A DNA stretch of 64,000 nucleotides from Promethearchaeota archaeon (GTDB taxonomy: Archaea > Asgardarchaeota > Lokiarchaeia > Sigyniarchaeales > SOKP01), in NCBI GenBank assembly GCA_048939995.1, contig JBHLOY010000002.1, positions 64,001 through 128,000 on the forward strand. Direction: 5' to 3'. Below the pieces are notes generated by a model that worked only from the letters and a program-made list of their open reading frames with translations, had not been told where the DNA came from and searched no databases. Below, piece by piece: positions 10,325-20,004 of this stretch (the first letter of the stretch is position 1; every line of letters begins with the position of its first letter). A program made the position numbers and the translations under genes.

Positions 10325-12301
10325 CTACTCCTGGATTGGAAGTAATTCATCAATTAATGCCATGTATTGGTCATCTCTAAAGTAAGTTAATTCAATAGCT
10401 TTAGAAGGACATGTCGCTGCGCATGTTCCGCATCCTCTGCAGCGAATTAAATCTACAACGATATTCCCCTTTTCATTTATTGAAATTGCAGTATATGGAC
10501 AAGCTTCAATGCATTTATAACATTTTGCACATCTTTCATCTGAGGGAGTCGCTCGAATTAATTCCATAGTATATTCACCTTTACCCATTGGAATTGCGGC
10601 TGCTGATGCTGCACCTCTTGCTTGACTTACAGTCTTATCTATCTCTTTTTGTCCTTGGGCAGACCCACAAATGAAAATTCCAGGTACTTTTGTACTAATT
10701 GGATCAAGACGGGCATGATATTCTTTTAAAAACCCATCAGGACTTCTTTCCATATTTAATACTCTAGCAATTTCAATTGTTCCTTTTGACGGAAGTGAGG
10801 CAGGGGAAAGAACAACCATATGAAATTCCCCAGTCACTACAGTGTCAGTGCCTACAGGTTCCCACTGGGCTAGTAAATTCTTGGTCAATGGGTCCTCTTC
10901 GATTTTTCCAACAAGACCTTTGACAAAAATTATTCCTGCATCTCGCGATCTTCTGTAGTATTCTTCATAATCTTTACCTGCACATCTCATATCAATATAA
11001 GTGCATAGGATTTCTGAATCGGGATATTCAGATTTAATCAGCTTTGAATTTTTAAGAGATAAATTACAACAAACGACAGAACACCATGGATTTTTACTCA
11101 CGTCACGAGATCCAACGCAATTTATGAAAAGAATCTTAGTAGGACGCTTGCCATCAGAAGGACGTTTTAAATGACCGTAAGTTGGACCGTTAGGAGCTAA
11201 TATCCGCTCCAACTCAATCTGGTTAACAACATTTTCATATATGCCATAACCATAATCATCTCCTTCATAAAGATCCCAACCAGTAGCTACGACTATAGTT
11301 CCAATCTCAAGATCTAAAATTTCTTCTTGTTGAGAAAAATCAATTGCATCTTCTTCACAAGAATCGACACAGCTAAAACATTCAACACAAGACTCTCTAG
11401 CAATATCATATACGGCAGGTACGGCCTGCGCAAATGCGATGTCAATACATTTTCTGGCTGAAAGATTTTCATCGAAATAATTAGGTACATAAATGGGACA
11501 AACATCAACACAAGCTCCGCACCCAGTGCATTTAGTTTCAAGGACATAACGTTGATTTCTTTTCACTTTTACTTTGAAGTTTCCAATATATCCATCTACT
11601 TTAATTACTTCACTGTAGGTTAATATCTCGATGTTGGGATGCCTATTCGATTCTAACATTTTTGGACCGAGAATTCAGATTGAACAGTCATCTGTGGGAA
11701 ACGTACGATCTAATTGGGACATTCTCCCTCCAATTGTTGTATTCTTCTCAACTAAGTATACTTTACATCCTGCATTACCTAAATCTATAGCTGTTGATAG
11801 CCCAGCGATTCCTCCACCAACTACTAAAGCTGTCTTTTTTACAGGTACAGTCATAGTGGGAACGTCTTCTAATAATCTTGCTCTCGCCACCCCTGCCTTT
11901 ATTAATTCAATAGCTTTTTGGAGTGCTCTCTCACGAACTTCAGGTGATTGGTGAACAAAACTACAATGTTCTCTGATATTTACAAACTCTAAATATCTTG
12001 GTGGTAAACCTGCTTCAGAAAGTATTGCATGGAAAACTGGTTGATGAGTTTTAGGTGTACAAGCGGCTACAACAATACGTTCAAGCTTGCTTTCTTCTAT
12101 TTGTTCTTTAATATAAGTGGATCCTCCTTCAGTACACATACTTAGGTACTCAAACGCTTTTACTCCTTCTATTTTATTGAGTTCTTCTACGATTTTTGGG
12201 ATATCCAAGATACCAGCGATATTAATACCTCAGCGGCACACAAAAACGCCAACAATAGACTTTTTAGCTTCATTATTTTCTTTGGTCTGGTTTCCAGACA
12301 A
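10325..12301 (-). CDS. hdrA: Heterodisulfide reductase subunit A, selenoprotein (Sec24, Sec209), 658 aa
   Basis: Track ORFs 11675..12208 and 10325..11659 are one frame, joined by TGA 11675-11677 in FPTDDCSI-U-ILGPKM. Upstream, TGA 12230-12232 lies in VGVFVCR-U-GINIAG (canonical CxCG). TTG start at 12301 follows GGTG. Contains GGGIAG FAD motif and several CxxCxxC clusters. Confidence 0.95.
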
Positions 12302-12578
12302 TTTTTACACCTTTATTAATATATCCTCCTAATTTTTTAAGAGTATATTTAGTATATATGTTTTTATAATAGCATAAAAACTAAAATTTATGATATTGTT
12401 AATAGTCCTTCTTATTAAAATTACATTATTATTCCATTTCATCCACTAATTTAAAAGTTTAATAAAAATATTCTTTCTCTTTTACGACAAAAATTTAAAG
12501 CTTTCTTTTATCTTCAAAAAATAAGGTTATACAAAATGAGAAACTATAAAAATAAAAAGAAAATAAGTATTTGGAACT

Positions 12579-13136
12579 TTAACCTTGAGATTCAGCAATT
12601 ATGTCTCCAAATAATCGCTTTACAGCTTCAATACGAGTTTCTTCTCCTATTTGCTCAACATTTTTGAGTGAAATGGCTTCTTTTGGGCATACTGCTATGC
12701 ACTGAGGCTCTCTCACCCCGACTTCGGGATCAATAAATTCTTCTTTCATATTTTCACATAAATCGCAAACAAGAGCTTTCTGAGAAGAAATATGAAGAGA
12801 AATAACTCCGAAATCGCAAGCACGAATACAAAATCCGCATCCATTACACTTATCCTCCTCTACAATAATGGAACCTGTTTCTGGATCCTGCTCCAACGCT
12901 TTCTCCGGACAGCTACGAACGCAAGGAGAGTCTTCACATTTCTGGCATGCTAGCGCAATGTTAAAAATAGGTTCTATTCTTACTCGATGAATTCTAGTAT
13001 TAATGGGATTAAATTCTGCGTCATGCACAAAACTACACACGCTTTCACACGTCTCGCAGCCCGTACATAAGTTTGGATCTACGATGATAAATTGGTGCAT
13101 AACTCCTCCCCGCTTTTTAGTCTTAGCCTTTGACAT
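12579..13136 (-). CDS. 4x[4Fe-4S] electron-transfer subunit (DmsB/HydN/AorA-like) of the AOR
   Basis: CTGCETCESVC, CQKCEDSPCVRSCP, CNGCGFCIRAC, CDLC...CIAVCP. Lies 1 nt downstream of aor. Confidence 0.9.
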   Translation of the reverse strand: MSKAKTKKRGGVMHQFIIVDPNLCTGCETCESVCSFVHDAEFNPINTRIHRVRIEPIFNIALACQKCEDSPCVRSCPEKALEQDPETGSIIVEEDKCNGCGFCIRACDFGVISLHISSQKALVCDLCENMKEEFIDPEVGVREPQCIAVCPKEAISLKNVEQIGEETRIEAVKRLFGDIIAESQG

Positions 13137-13137
13137 G

Positions 13138-15078
13138 TTACCTCTTACCTCCTTTGGTTGCTGGTTTTAATTTTCCAATCACGAAATCTAACCCTAATTT
13201 TTTCAATGTTTCATCAGTAGGGATTCCTGTCTCTTTATCCCAACCCCGTGCTTCATAATATCCGCTTAATATTTTTTGATATCCATCTTCATTTAATGTA
13301 TACCCTTTGGCAGGACCTTTTGTATGGGCTTCCTTGAAAAATCGATCTGGAGGACGATCATCAGCTCGTGTCCAACCCTCTCTAATATTAAAGCATTTAG
13401 AAAGGTTTAAAATAGCTTCTCCTCGAAGCAAAATTGATTCCTCAGTATGTGGAATTCCAGTGACTAGTTCATATACTTTTGCCATTTCTGCATCAGATTC
13501 ATAGATCCCTCGTGTAAATTTACAGATTATATATGAATCAATAAGCGCATAAACATCCTCAAGTTTTTTGATTGCTTTTCCCCGTTCGAGTGGTTTATCA
13601 TATCCAAATCTATCAAATGTACCTTTTGCATCAAGCCCATAAGCTCCATTGCGTAAATGGCACGCTCCTCGAATAGATACACTCATTCCCACCGCAAATG
13701 AAGTCATGCCATGGACATCAAAGGCAGGGAGTTCTAGCCCTTTAACATGCATAGCATAGTAGCTCGCATTTTTTCTACCCATTTCTTCTAATCGTTTACC
13801 AGCTTCTCTAACACCATCACCAAAAATTTCTCCTGCAAAACCCTTTCCAAGGATCATTTCTTCTGTAAACCTTACAAGATTCACAGTCGAGCCAAAAGGT
13901 AGCTTATATCCTAAATCTTTTTCTGTGATCACACCTTCCTCGAAGCATTCACACGCCATTGCTGCCGTTGCACCACCAGAAATCGCATCGATTCCCAGAT
14001 CATCACACAAGGTTACACATTTAAATACACTTGGCCAATCAGAATTACCACAGGCAGTCCCAAAACCGTAACATAATTCTTGATCTATACTTGCATAAGT
14101 ATTTGGCCAATTTGGATGGGATTTTGGTACTTTTGTAATGTGGTCACATGCAATTGAGCATTGAGAGCAAGCCACTTTTTTGACAACCCAATCTTGATTA
14201 AGTGTATCTCCCGAAAAAGTTCCATCGTCAATCTTATCCCATGTACCTTCTTTGTGGTTGAATATTGGCATCATACCTAGTTTATTATAACTAGTTAAAC
14301 CAGAAGGTGTGCCCAGATCTCTATATTTAGCTGTAGCAGGACCATTTGCAACTTTGATTAATTTTTTTGCTAGTTTATAAAATTCAGCAGGATTTGCAAC
14401 TTTGGTTCCCTTAGTACCTCTAAAACAGACAGCTTTTAAATTTTTAGAGCCCATAACTGCCCCCATACCAGTACGACCAGCTTGCCTATTGCGATCATTG
14501 GTTAAACATGCCATATGGCTCATACGTTCTCCAGCTTGACCAATAGCCATCACTGCAAGTCTATGATCTTGAAATTCTTTCCTTAGAAGCTCCTCGGTTT
14601 CCCAACAACCCTTGCCCCAAACTGTATTTTTGCATGGTACTAAATAATAGTCATCATCATCCACAACCATATAAACAGGTTCAGGAGATTTACCTTTGAA
14701 CACGATCATGTTGATTCCTGCTCTACGGGCTTGAGCTCCTACAGAACCTGATGAGATTGCCATACCAAACATTCCTGTTAATGGTGATTTAGCAAAAACA
14801 CCGTATTTAGAACTAGTTGGTAATATGGTCGTTGGAAAAGGTCCGTGACAATAAACAAAGACATTATCTGGGCTAAGAGGATCAATACCTGGCTTAAGTT
14901 CATCCCAAAGTACCTTTGCACCAAATCCATAACCCCCAATCCAATCTCTACAGAATTCTCTAGATAGTTCCGATTTTTCAATTTTACCATTGGTAAGATC
15001 AACATCAAGCCTTGTTTGGGTATACCCTTTTACATCATCGGGTACAGCTACTTCCTTAGCTTTACTCATGTTTTTCAC
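13138..15078 (-). CDS. aor: Aldehyde:ferredoxin oxidoreductase (tungsten-pterin AOR family)
   Basis: KSPLTG, AGRTGMGAVMGSKNLKA, CSQCSIAC, CDDLGIDAIS, RGACHL, YYEARGWD. Confidence 0.93.
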   Translation of the reverse strand: MKNMSKAKEVAVPDDVKGYTQTRLDVDLTNGKIEKSELSREFCRDWIGGYGFGAKVLWDELKPGIDPLSPDNVFVYCHGPFPTTILPTSSKYGVFAKSPLTGMFGMAISSGSVGAQARRAGINMIVFKGKSPEPVYMVVDDDDYYLVPCKNTVWGKGCWETEELLRKEFQDHRLAVMAIGQAGERMSHMACLTNDRNRQAGRTGMGAVMGSKNLKAVCFRGTKGTKVANPAEFYKLAKKLIKVANGPATAKYRDLGTPSGLTSYNKLGMMPIFNHKEGTWDKIDDGTFSGDTLNQDWVVKKVACSQCSIACDHITKVPKSHPNWPNTYASIDQELCYGFGTACGNSDWPSVFKCVTLCDDLGIDAISGGATAAMACECFEEGVITEKDLGYKLPFGSTVNLVRFTEEMILGKGFAGEIFGDGVREAGKRLEEMGRKNASYYAMHVKGLELPAFDVHGMTSFAVGMSVSIRGACHLRNGAYGLDAKGTFDRFGYDKPLERGKAIKKLEDVYALIDSYIICKFTRGIYESDAEMAKVYELVTGIPHTEESILLRGEAILNLSKCFNIREGWTRADDRPPDRFFKEAHTKGPAKGYTLNEDGYQKILSGYYEARGWDKETGIPTDETLKKLGLDFVIGKLKPATKGGKR

Positions 15079-15443
15079 TAATTTTTAATTTATAATATGA
15101 AATTAAACAATTTAATATAGAGAACAACTCTTTATTAGGTTAATTGTTAGATTCCTATAACTAATTTCTTTAAATTTTCATATTTTTAAATTTTTTTTAT
15201 GATTGATTTTGTGTTAACTTCTCTGAATATAGAAATTTTTTGTTCATTATGTTCTAATTCATAAAATTGAATAAGAAAATAGGAATTATGATTCGCTTTT
15301 TATAAAGGCTGAATAAAATTCGATTTTATAACATAATAGGTTAATTAAAAAAATATGATAGATTTTGTTTATCAAAGATAGAGTAATAAAACTTACTCTT
15401 TGAATATTATTCAGAGTAAACAAAAAAAAAGAACTGATTCAAA

Positions 15444-16340
15444 TTGCCCTATAAGATTTTAGGAAAAAAGGAGCTAGGTAACAGCGGATTGTTATATGAA
15501 ATGGTTTTAGATACTCCTTTAATTGCTAAAAAAGCATTTCCGGGAAATTTTATTCTCTTACGGATTAATGAAAATGGAGAACGCTTTCCATTAACAATAG
15601 CGGATTATGATGAAACAAAAGGAACAATAACAATTGTCTTTCAAATTGCTGGAAAAAGTACCAAGTTACTTTCACATCAAAATGTGGGAGATGAAATTCT
15701 TGATGTGGTTGGACCGTTAGGTAACAGAATTCATGCACAAAAATATAAATTTCCTGTTATAATCATTGGAGGTGGTGTTGGGATCGCTGAATGTTATCCT
15801 CAAGCAAAAGAATTAAAGAAAGCAGGAAATAAAATTATTTCTATTATTGGTGCAAGGAATACAGGATTACTTTTTTGGAGAGAAAAGATACGATCTGTAA
15901 GTGATCGCGTAATAATATGTACTGATGATGGAACTGAAGGGATTAAAGGCGTTGTAACCCAACCACTAAAAGAAATACTTTCAAGAGAAAGGATAAGCCT
16001 AGTAATCGCCATCGGTCCCTTAGTTATGATGAAGTATGTCGCGCGAGCTACTGATGGTTCTGGAGATTTGCCGAAGGTGAAAACTTCTGTTTCATTAAAT
16101 ACTATTATGATAGATGGAACAGGAATGTGTGGGGGATGTCGTTTTTCAACCTTAGAAGGAGATATTTATTTTGCATGCGTAGATGGACCCGATGTGGATG
16201 CACACGTAGTAGATTTTGATAATCTTATAAAGCGTTCCATGAGATTTGTTGAATTAGAAAAGCAAGCATTAGACAATTATGATCATGAATGTAAAGCATT
16301 AGGAAAATTGCAAAGTGAGGGACCTCAAAATGGAAAATAA
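15444..16340 (+). CDS. nfnA: NfnA/SudB: NADH-dependent reduced ferredoxin:NADP+ oxidoreductase small subunit
   Basis: GERFPLTIAD, GPLG, GGGVG and the [2Fe-2S] motif DGTGMCGGCR...CVDGP. Confidence 0.9.
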   Translation: MPYKILGKKELGNSGLLYEMVLDTPLIAKKAFPGNFILLRINENGERFPLTIADYDETKGTITIVFQIAGKSTKLLSHQNVGDEILDVVGPLGNRIHAQKYKFPVIIIGGGVGIAECYPQAKELKKAGNKIISIIGARNTGLLFWREKIRSVSDRVIICTDDGTEGIKGVVTQPLKEILSRERISLVIAIGPLVMMKYVARATDGSGDLPKVKTSVSLNTIMIDGTGMCGGCRFSTLEGDIYFACVDGPDVDAHVVDFDNLIKRSMRFVELEKQALDNYDHECKALGKLQSEGPQNGK

Positions 16341-19053
16341 TTTCCCCTTAATTGAAATCCTCCTTAATAACAAAAATAAGATATTAGAAGTTGGTAAATA
16401 TAATGAAAAAGAATTTAAGCAACTTATAGATTCTGTAACAGCCGTTGAAACAGAAAGGCAAGAAGTTTTGAATAAAATTAAGGAATTAGGATCGATCGAC
16501 GTACCTAAGTTACAAAGCGAATTAGGACAATCTGAAGAGAGTATCTTATGTAAAATCGAATCTTTAAGAGAGTTAGGTTTATTAGGTTTCATTGGAGAAA
16601 AGCCAAGATTTTTTGCGAAATATATTGAAAACTATGAAATAAAGGGAATATTCCCTACCACTGATTTGATTAAAGATAGCAATCTTTGCTGTGGATGTGG
16701 GCTTTGCGTTTCAGTTTGTCCTGTTAATGCAATTGATTACGTAGAAGATAATTTTAAATTGAATAAGGATTTATGTATTAAATGTGGGTTATGTTATTCC
16801 GCATGTCCTAGATCCTTTTTTCCAAAACCTTTGGAAAAACTTCCAGATAATGATGATACTAATGTTAAGTTTATAGAATCGTTCCATTATTTTCGAGACA
16901 TTTTTACAGCTCAAACTACAGATAAAAGAATAAGGGAAGTAGCTCAAGACGGTGGTATAGTCACAACCTTGCTCAAAACTGCTTTTAGAGAAGGATTAGT
17001 AGATGGTTCCTTTGCTGTAACAACAGGAGAATTGCCGTTAAAACCTTTACCTATTCTAATCGAAAGTGAGGAGGAGCTTTTAAAAACGGCTGGAACTAAA
17101 TATACAAATGTTCCATTACTTAAAATCTTTCGCGATGCTAAGGATCGTGGCAAAATTGCAGTTGTAGGTACACCATGCATAATGAAAGCTTTAAGAAAGC
17201 TCTCACTTTGTCCTATTAATAAACCTTTTTATGAAAATATTGTTTTAAAAATTGGATTATTTTGCATGGAATCCTTTGATTATGAAAAAATTGTAGAATT
17301 ACTCAAAAATGAATTTAATGTATATCCATCAGATGTAAAAAAGATGGATATAGATAAGGGAAGCTTTATCATTTATAACCGGGAGAGTATTCCTTCCAAA
17401 ATACCAATTAAAAGAATTAAGAAATATGGTAGATTTGGTTGCTTTTTCTGTGAAGATCTGACTTCAAATTATGCTGATATCTCCGTAGGATCTATTGGTT
17501 CAGAGCCTGGTTGGTCAACAGTAATAGTTCGGACAATGAAAGGCGCGGAATTTTTTAAAAAGGTTTTAGATTTAAATATGGCCATCAAGAAAGATATAAG
17601 AATAAATGATCATAACTTTATGGAATTAAGTAGAATAGCTAACTCTAAAATAAAGAACTATATCGAACAACATAGGGTAAAGATGATAGAGCAAGATCCT
17701 AAAGAGAGAATAAATAATTTTGAGGAAGTACCTTATGGATTAACTGATGAAATGATGGAGCAAGAAGTACAAAGGTGCTTGCAATGCGGTTTACCTTTAT
17801 GCGTTACTGGATGTCCTGTTAATATTAGGATTCCAGAATTTATCAAACTACTTAAGGAAGGAAAAAAAATACAAGCTCTTTATAAAATTAAATCTAGTAA
17901 CCTTCTTCCTGCTATTTGTGGCAGAGTATGTCCACAAGAAACGCAATGTGAAGAGACTTGTATGCTAAATTCTCTAGAAGAACCTATCGCGATCGGGCAT
18001 TTAGAAAGATATATTGCTGATTGGGAGAGGAAAAATAAATTAAAGGAATGCCCCGAGTGCTCCCCTCCCAATGGTATTAAGGTTGCGGTTATTGGATCCG
18101 GACCCGCTGGATTAACCTGTGCAGGAGAATTGGCAATGAGAGGATATGATGTTACCATATTTGAAGCATTTCATGCGGGAGGTGGAGTATTAACCTACGG
18201 AATTCCCGAATTTAGGTTACCAAAAGAGGTAGTAAAAGAAGAAATTGAAACTCTTAAAATGCTTAACGTAAAAATTAACTATAATGCAATAATTGGAAAA
18301 ATTCTAACAATTGATGATCTAAAAGAACAAGGATATAAAGCTTTCTTTATAGGTGTTGGAGCTGGGTTGCCATCTTTCATTAAAGTAGCTGGATTGAATT
18401 TAAATGGTGTTTTAACAGCTAATGAGTTTCTCACAAGATCGAACTTGATGAAAGCTTATAGATTCCCTGAATATGATACCCCCATAAAAGTTGGAAAAGT
18501 TGTAACAGTTATAGGAGGAGGAAATGTTGCTTTGGATTCAGCTAGAACTGCCCTAAGGTTAGGTGCTGAAAACGTAACTATTGTGTACAGAAGGTCAGAA
18601 GAGGAAATGCCTGCAAGAAAGGAAGAATATCACCATGCAATAGAAGAAGGGATAAAATTTGAATTCCTGACAAATCCAGTAAGGTTTATTGGTGATGAAA
18701 ATGATAATGTAAAGCAAATGGAAGTAATAAGAATGAAACTTGGAGAACCTGATCAATCTGGGCGTAGAAGCCCCTTACCTATTGAAAATTCTGAGTATCT
18801 CATTGATACTGATACTATTATTATTGCCATTGGAGCAAGAGCAAACCCTACCCTAACAAAATCAATTCCAGAATTGCAATTAAATAAGTGGGGATATATA
18901 GAAACTGATGAAGAGGGACAAACTAATTTAGAAGGAATTTTTGCAGGTGGAGATATTGTTACAGGTACTGCTACAGTTATCTCCGCAATGGGGACTGGTA
19001 AGAAGGCTGCAGCAACAATTGATAAATATCTGCAACAAAAAAGTGAAAAATAA
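16330..19053 (+). CDS. Fusion of an N-terminal helical domain, a 2x[4Fe-4S] FrhB-type F420-binding domain and NfnB/SudA (GltD-like)
   Basis: FrhB motifs CCGCGLCVSVCP, AQDGGIVT, GTPC, GLFCME and DISVGSIGSEPGWSTVIVRT are followed by NfnB motifs RCLQC...CVTGCP, CGRVCPQETQCE, GSGPAGL and GGGNVALD. One continuous frame; ATG at 16330 overlaps the nfnA end. Confidence 0.88.
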   Translation: MENNFPLIEILLNNKNKILEVGKYNEKEFKQLIDSVTAVETERQEVLNKIKELGSIDVPKLQSELGQSEESILCKIESLRELGLLGFIGEKPRFFAKYIENYEIKGIFPTTDLIKDSNLCCGCGLCVSVCPVNAIDYVEDNFKLNKDLCIKCGLCYSACPRSFFPKPLEKLPDNDDTNVKFIESFHYFRDIFTAQTTDKRIREVAQDGGIVTTLLKTAFREGLVDGSFAVTTGELPLKPLPILIESEEELLKTAGTKYTNVPLLKIFRDAKDRGKIAVVGTPCIMKALRKLSLCPINKPFYENIVLKIGLFCMESFDYEKIVELLKNEFNVYPSDVKKMDIDKGSFIIYNRESIPSKIPIKRIKKYGRFGCFFCEDLTSNYADISVGSIGSEPGWSTVIVRTMKGAEFFKKVLDLNMAIKKDIRINDHNFMELSRIANSKIKNYIEQHRVKMIEQDPKERINNFEEVPYGLTDEMMEQEVQRCLQCGLPLCVTGCPVNIRIPEFIKLLKEGKKIQALYKIKSSNLLPAICGRVCPQETQCEETCMLNSLEEPIAIGHLERYIADWERKNKLKECPECSPPNGIKVAVIGSGPAGLTCAGELAMRGYDVTIFEAFHAGGGVLTYGIPEFRLPKEVVKEEIETLKMLNVKINYNAIIGKILTIDDLKEQGYKAFFIGVGAGLPSFIKVAGLNLNGVLTANEFLTRSNLMKAYRFPEYDTPIKVGKVVTVIGGGNVALDSARTALRLGAENVTIVYRRSEEEMPARKEEYHHAIEEGIKFEFLTNPVRFIGDENDNVKQMEVIRMKLGEPDQSGRRSPLPIENSEYLIDTDTIIIAIGARANPTLTKSIPELQLNKWGYIETDEEGQTNLEGIFAGGDIVTGTATVISAMGTGKKAAATIDKYLQQKSEK

Positions 19054-19054
19054 A

Positions 19055-19954
19055 CTATCTAATCCTTTTGCTTTCATTACCTTGGGGGCATATTTTTAAA
19101 CAATAGGAGCAATAATTATTTTTTAATAAACTTTCTATGCACTTATGGCGATCTATATGGGTTATACGGTCTGCATTTTGAATTGGATTTTCATATGTGG
19201 CTTTTCCAAGGCAATTTTTTATACATGCCCCGCATGTCTCACAAAAATCTGATAGTTTAGAAAAATCTAATCTTTTAGTCTCAATTATATCTGCATCAGT
19301 CGTAATGACGCTCCATCTCTGCCTTGGACCAAATTGAGGTGTAATAACGAGCCCATTTCTTCCCATTATCCCTAAGCCTGCTGACACAGCATGAGCTGTA
19401 AATAATAACTTCCCACCAAATGGGTGATGTGCCTCAGTTTTATATCCTTGCTCTTGTAGATACTTAGTAAGTTCTATTGTTCTCTCACCTAATTCATAAT
19501 AAACTCTAAAAGCTTCAATACCGCAATAAATGCTGGGAGCAGTTTTTATTCTATCCCAATTCATTTCCATCCCTAAAACTATCGCATTTTTCCCAACTAT
19601 TGGCAACTCTTTGAAGATAAAATTTTCTAATACAGGAGTGTAACCAACTAGATCGATTCTTTTTTCTTTAGCTAAACCCTCAAATTCTTGCCAGAATCCC
19701 TGAGTTGTATCAGTTCTAGAATTACCTTCATTCTGATATTTGGTTTTATTACTTTTATCGAAACCCTTGAAAGTACCTTTCAAATACTTGCTAAATTCCT
19801 TAGCAGTTTCTCGATCTAAGGTTTGTTCAGAAGATAAGGTCATAGTAAAAAGCACTTTTGGCACAATAAATACAAGATTCTCATTTTTTCCAACGAAGGT
19901 AGGAACAACTTTTGATTTCTCCATGGAGTTAAAACTTCTATAATAAAATAACAA
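19055..19954 (-). CDS. QueG / reductive-dehalogenase-like cobalamin and 2x[4Fe-4S] protein; start uncertain
   Basis: AGLGIMGRNGLVITPQFGPRQR, FCETCGACIKNC, C...CSYCLKICP. Confidence 0.8.
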   Translation of the reverse strand: MLFYYRSFNSMEKSKVVPTFVGKNENLVFIVPKVLFTMTLSSEQTLDRETAKEFSKYLKGTFKGFDKSNKTKYQNEGNSRTDTTQGFWQEFEGLAKEKRIDLVGYTPVLENFIFKELPIVGKNAIVLGMEMNWDRIKTAPSIYCGIEAFRVYYELGERTIELTKYLQEQGYKTEAHHPFGGKLLFTAHAVSAGLGIMGRNGLVITPQFGPRQRWSVITTDADIIETKRLDFSKLSDFCETCGACIKNCLGKATYENPIQNADRITHIDRHKCIESLLKNNYCSYCLKICPQGNESKRIR

Positions 19955-20004
19955 AATTTTTACATTTATTTGTATAGTGATTAAATAGCAATATTAATAA
20001 CTTT

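Noticed and set aside
9849-12301. hdrA/mvhD as pseudogenes, or UGA reassigned genome-wide to Trp or Gly
   Set aside because: All four TGAs fall on conserved Cys positions and a SECIS is present. Other genes (2862, 6395, 24992, 62806) end normally at TGA, and Trp is encoded by TGG.
10325-12301. Evidence for methanogenesis
   Set aside because: HdrA and MvhD are widespread outside methanogens, and no mcr, mtr or hdrBC is in the window.
16330-19053. Glutamate synthase small subunit (gltD)
   Set aside because: No gltB is nearby, and the upstream nfnA/sudB partner indicates Nfn.
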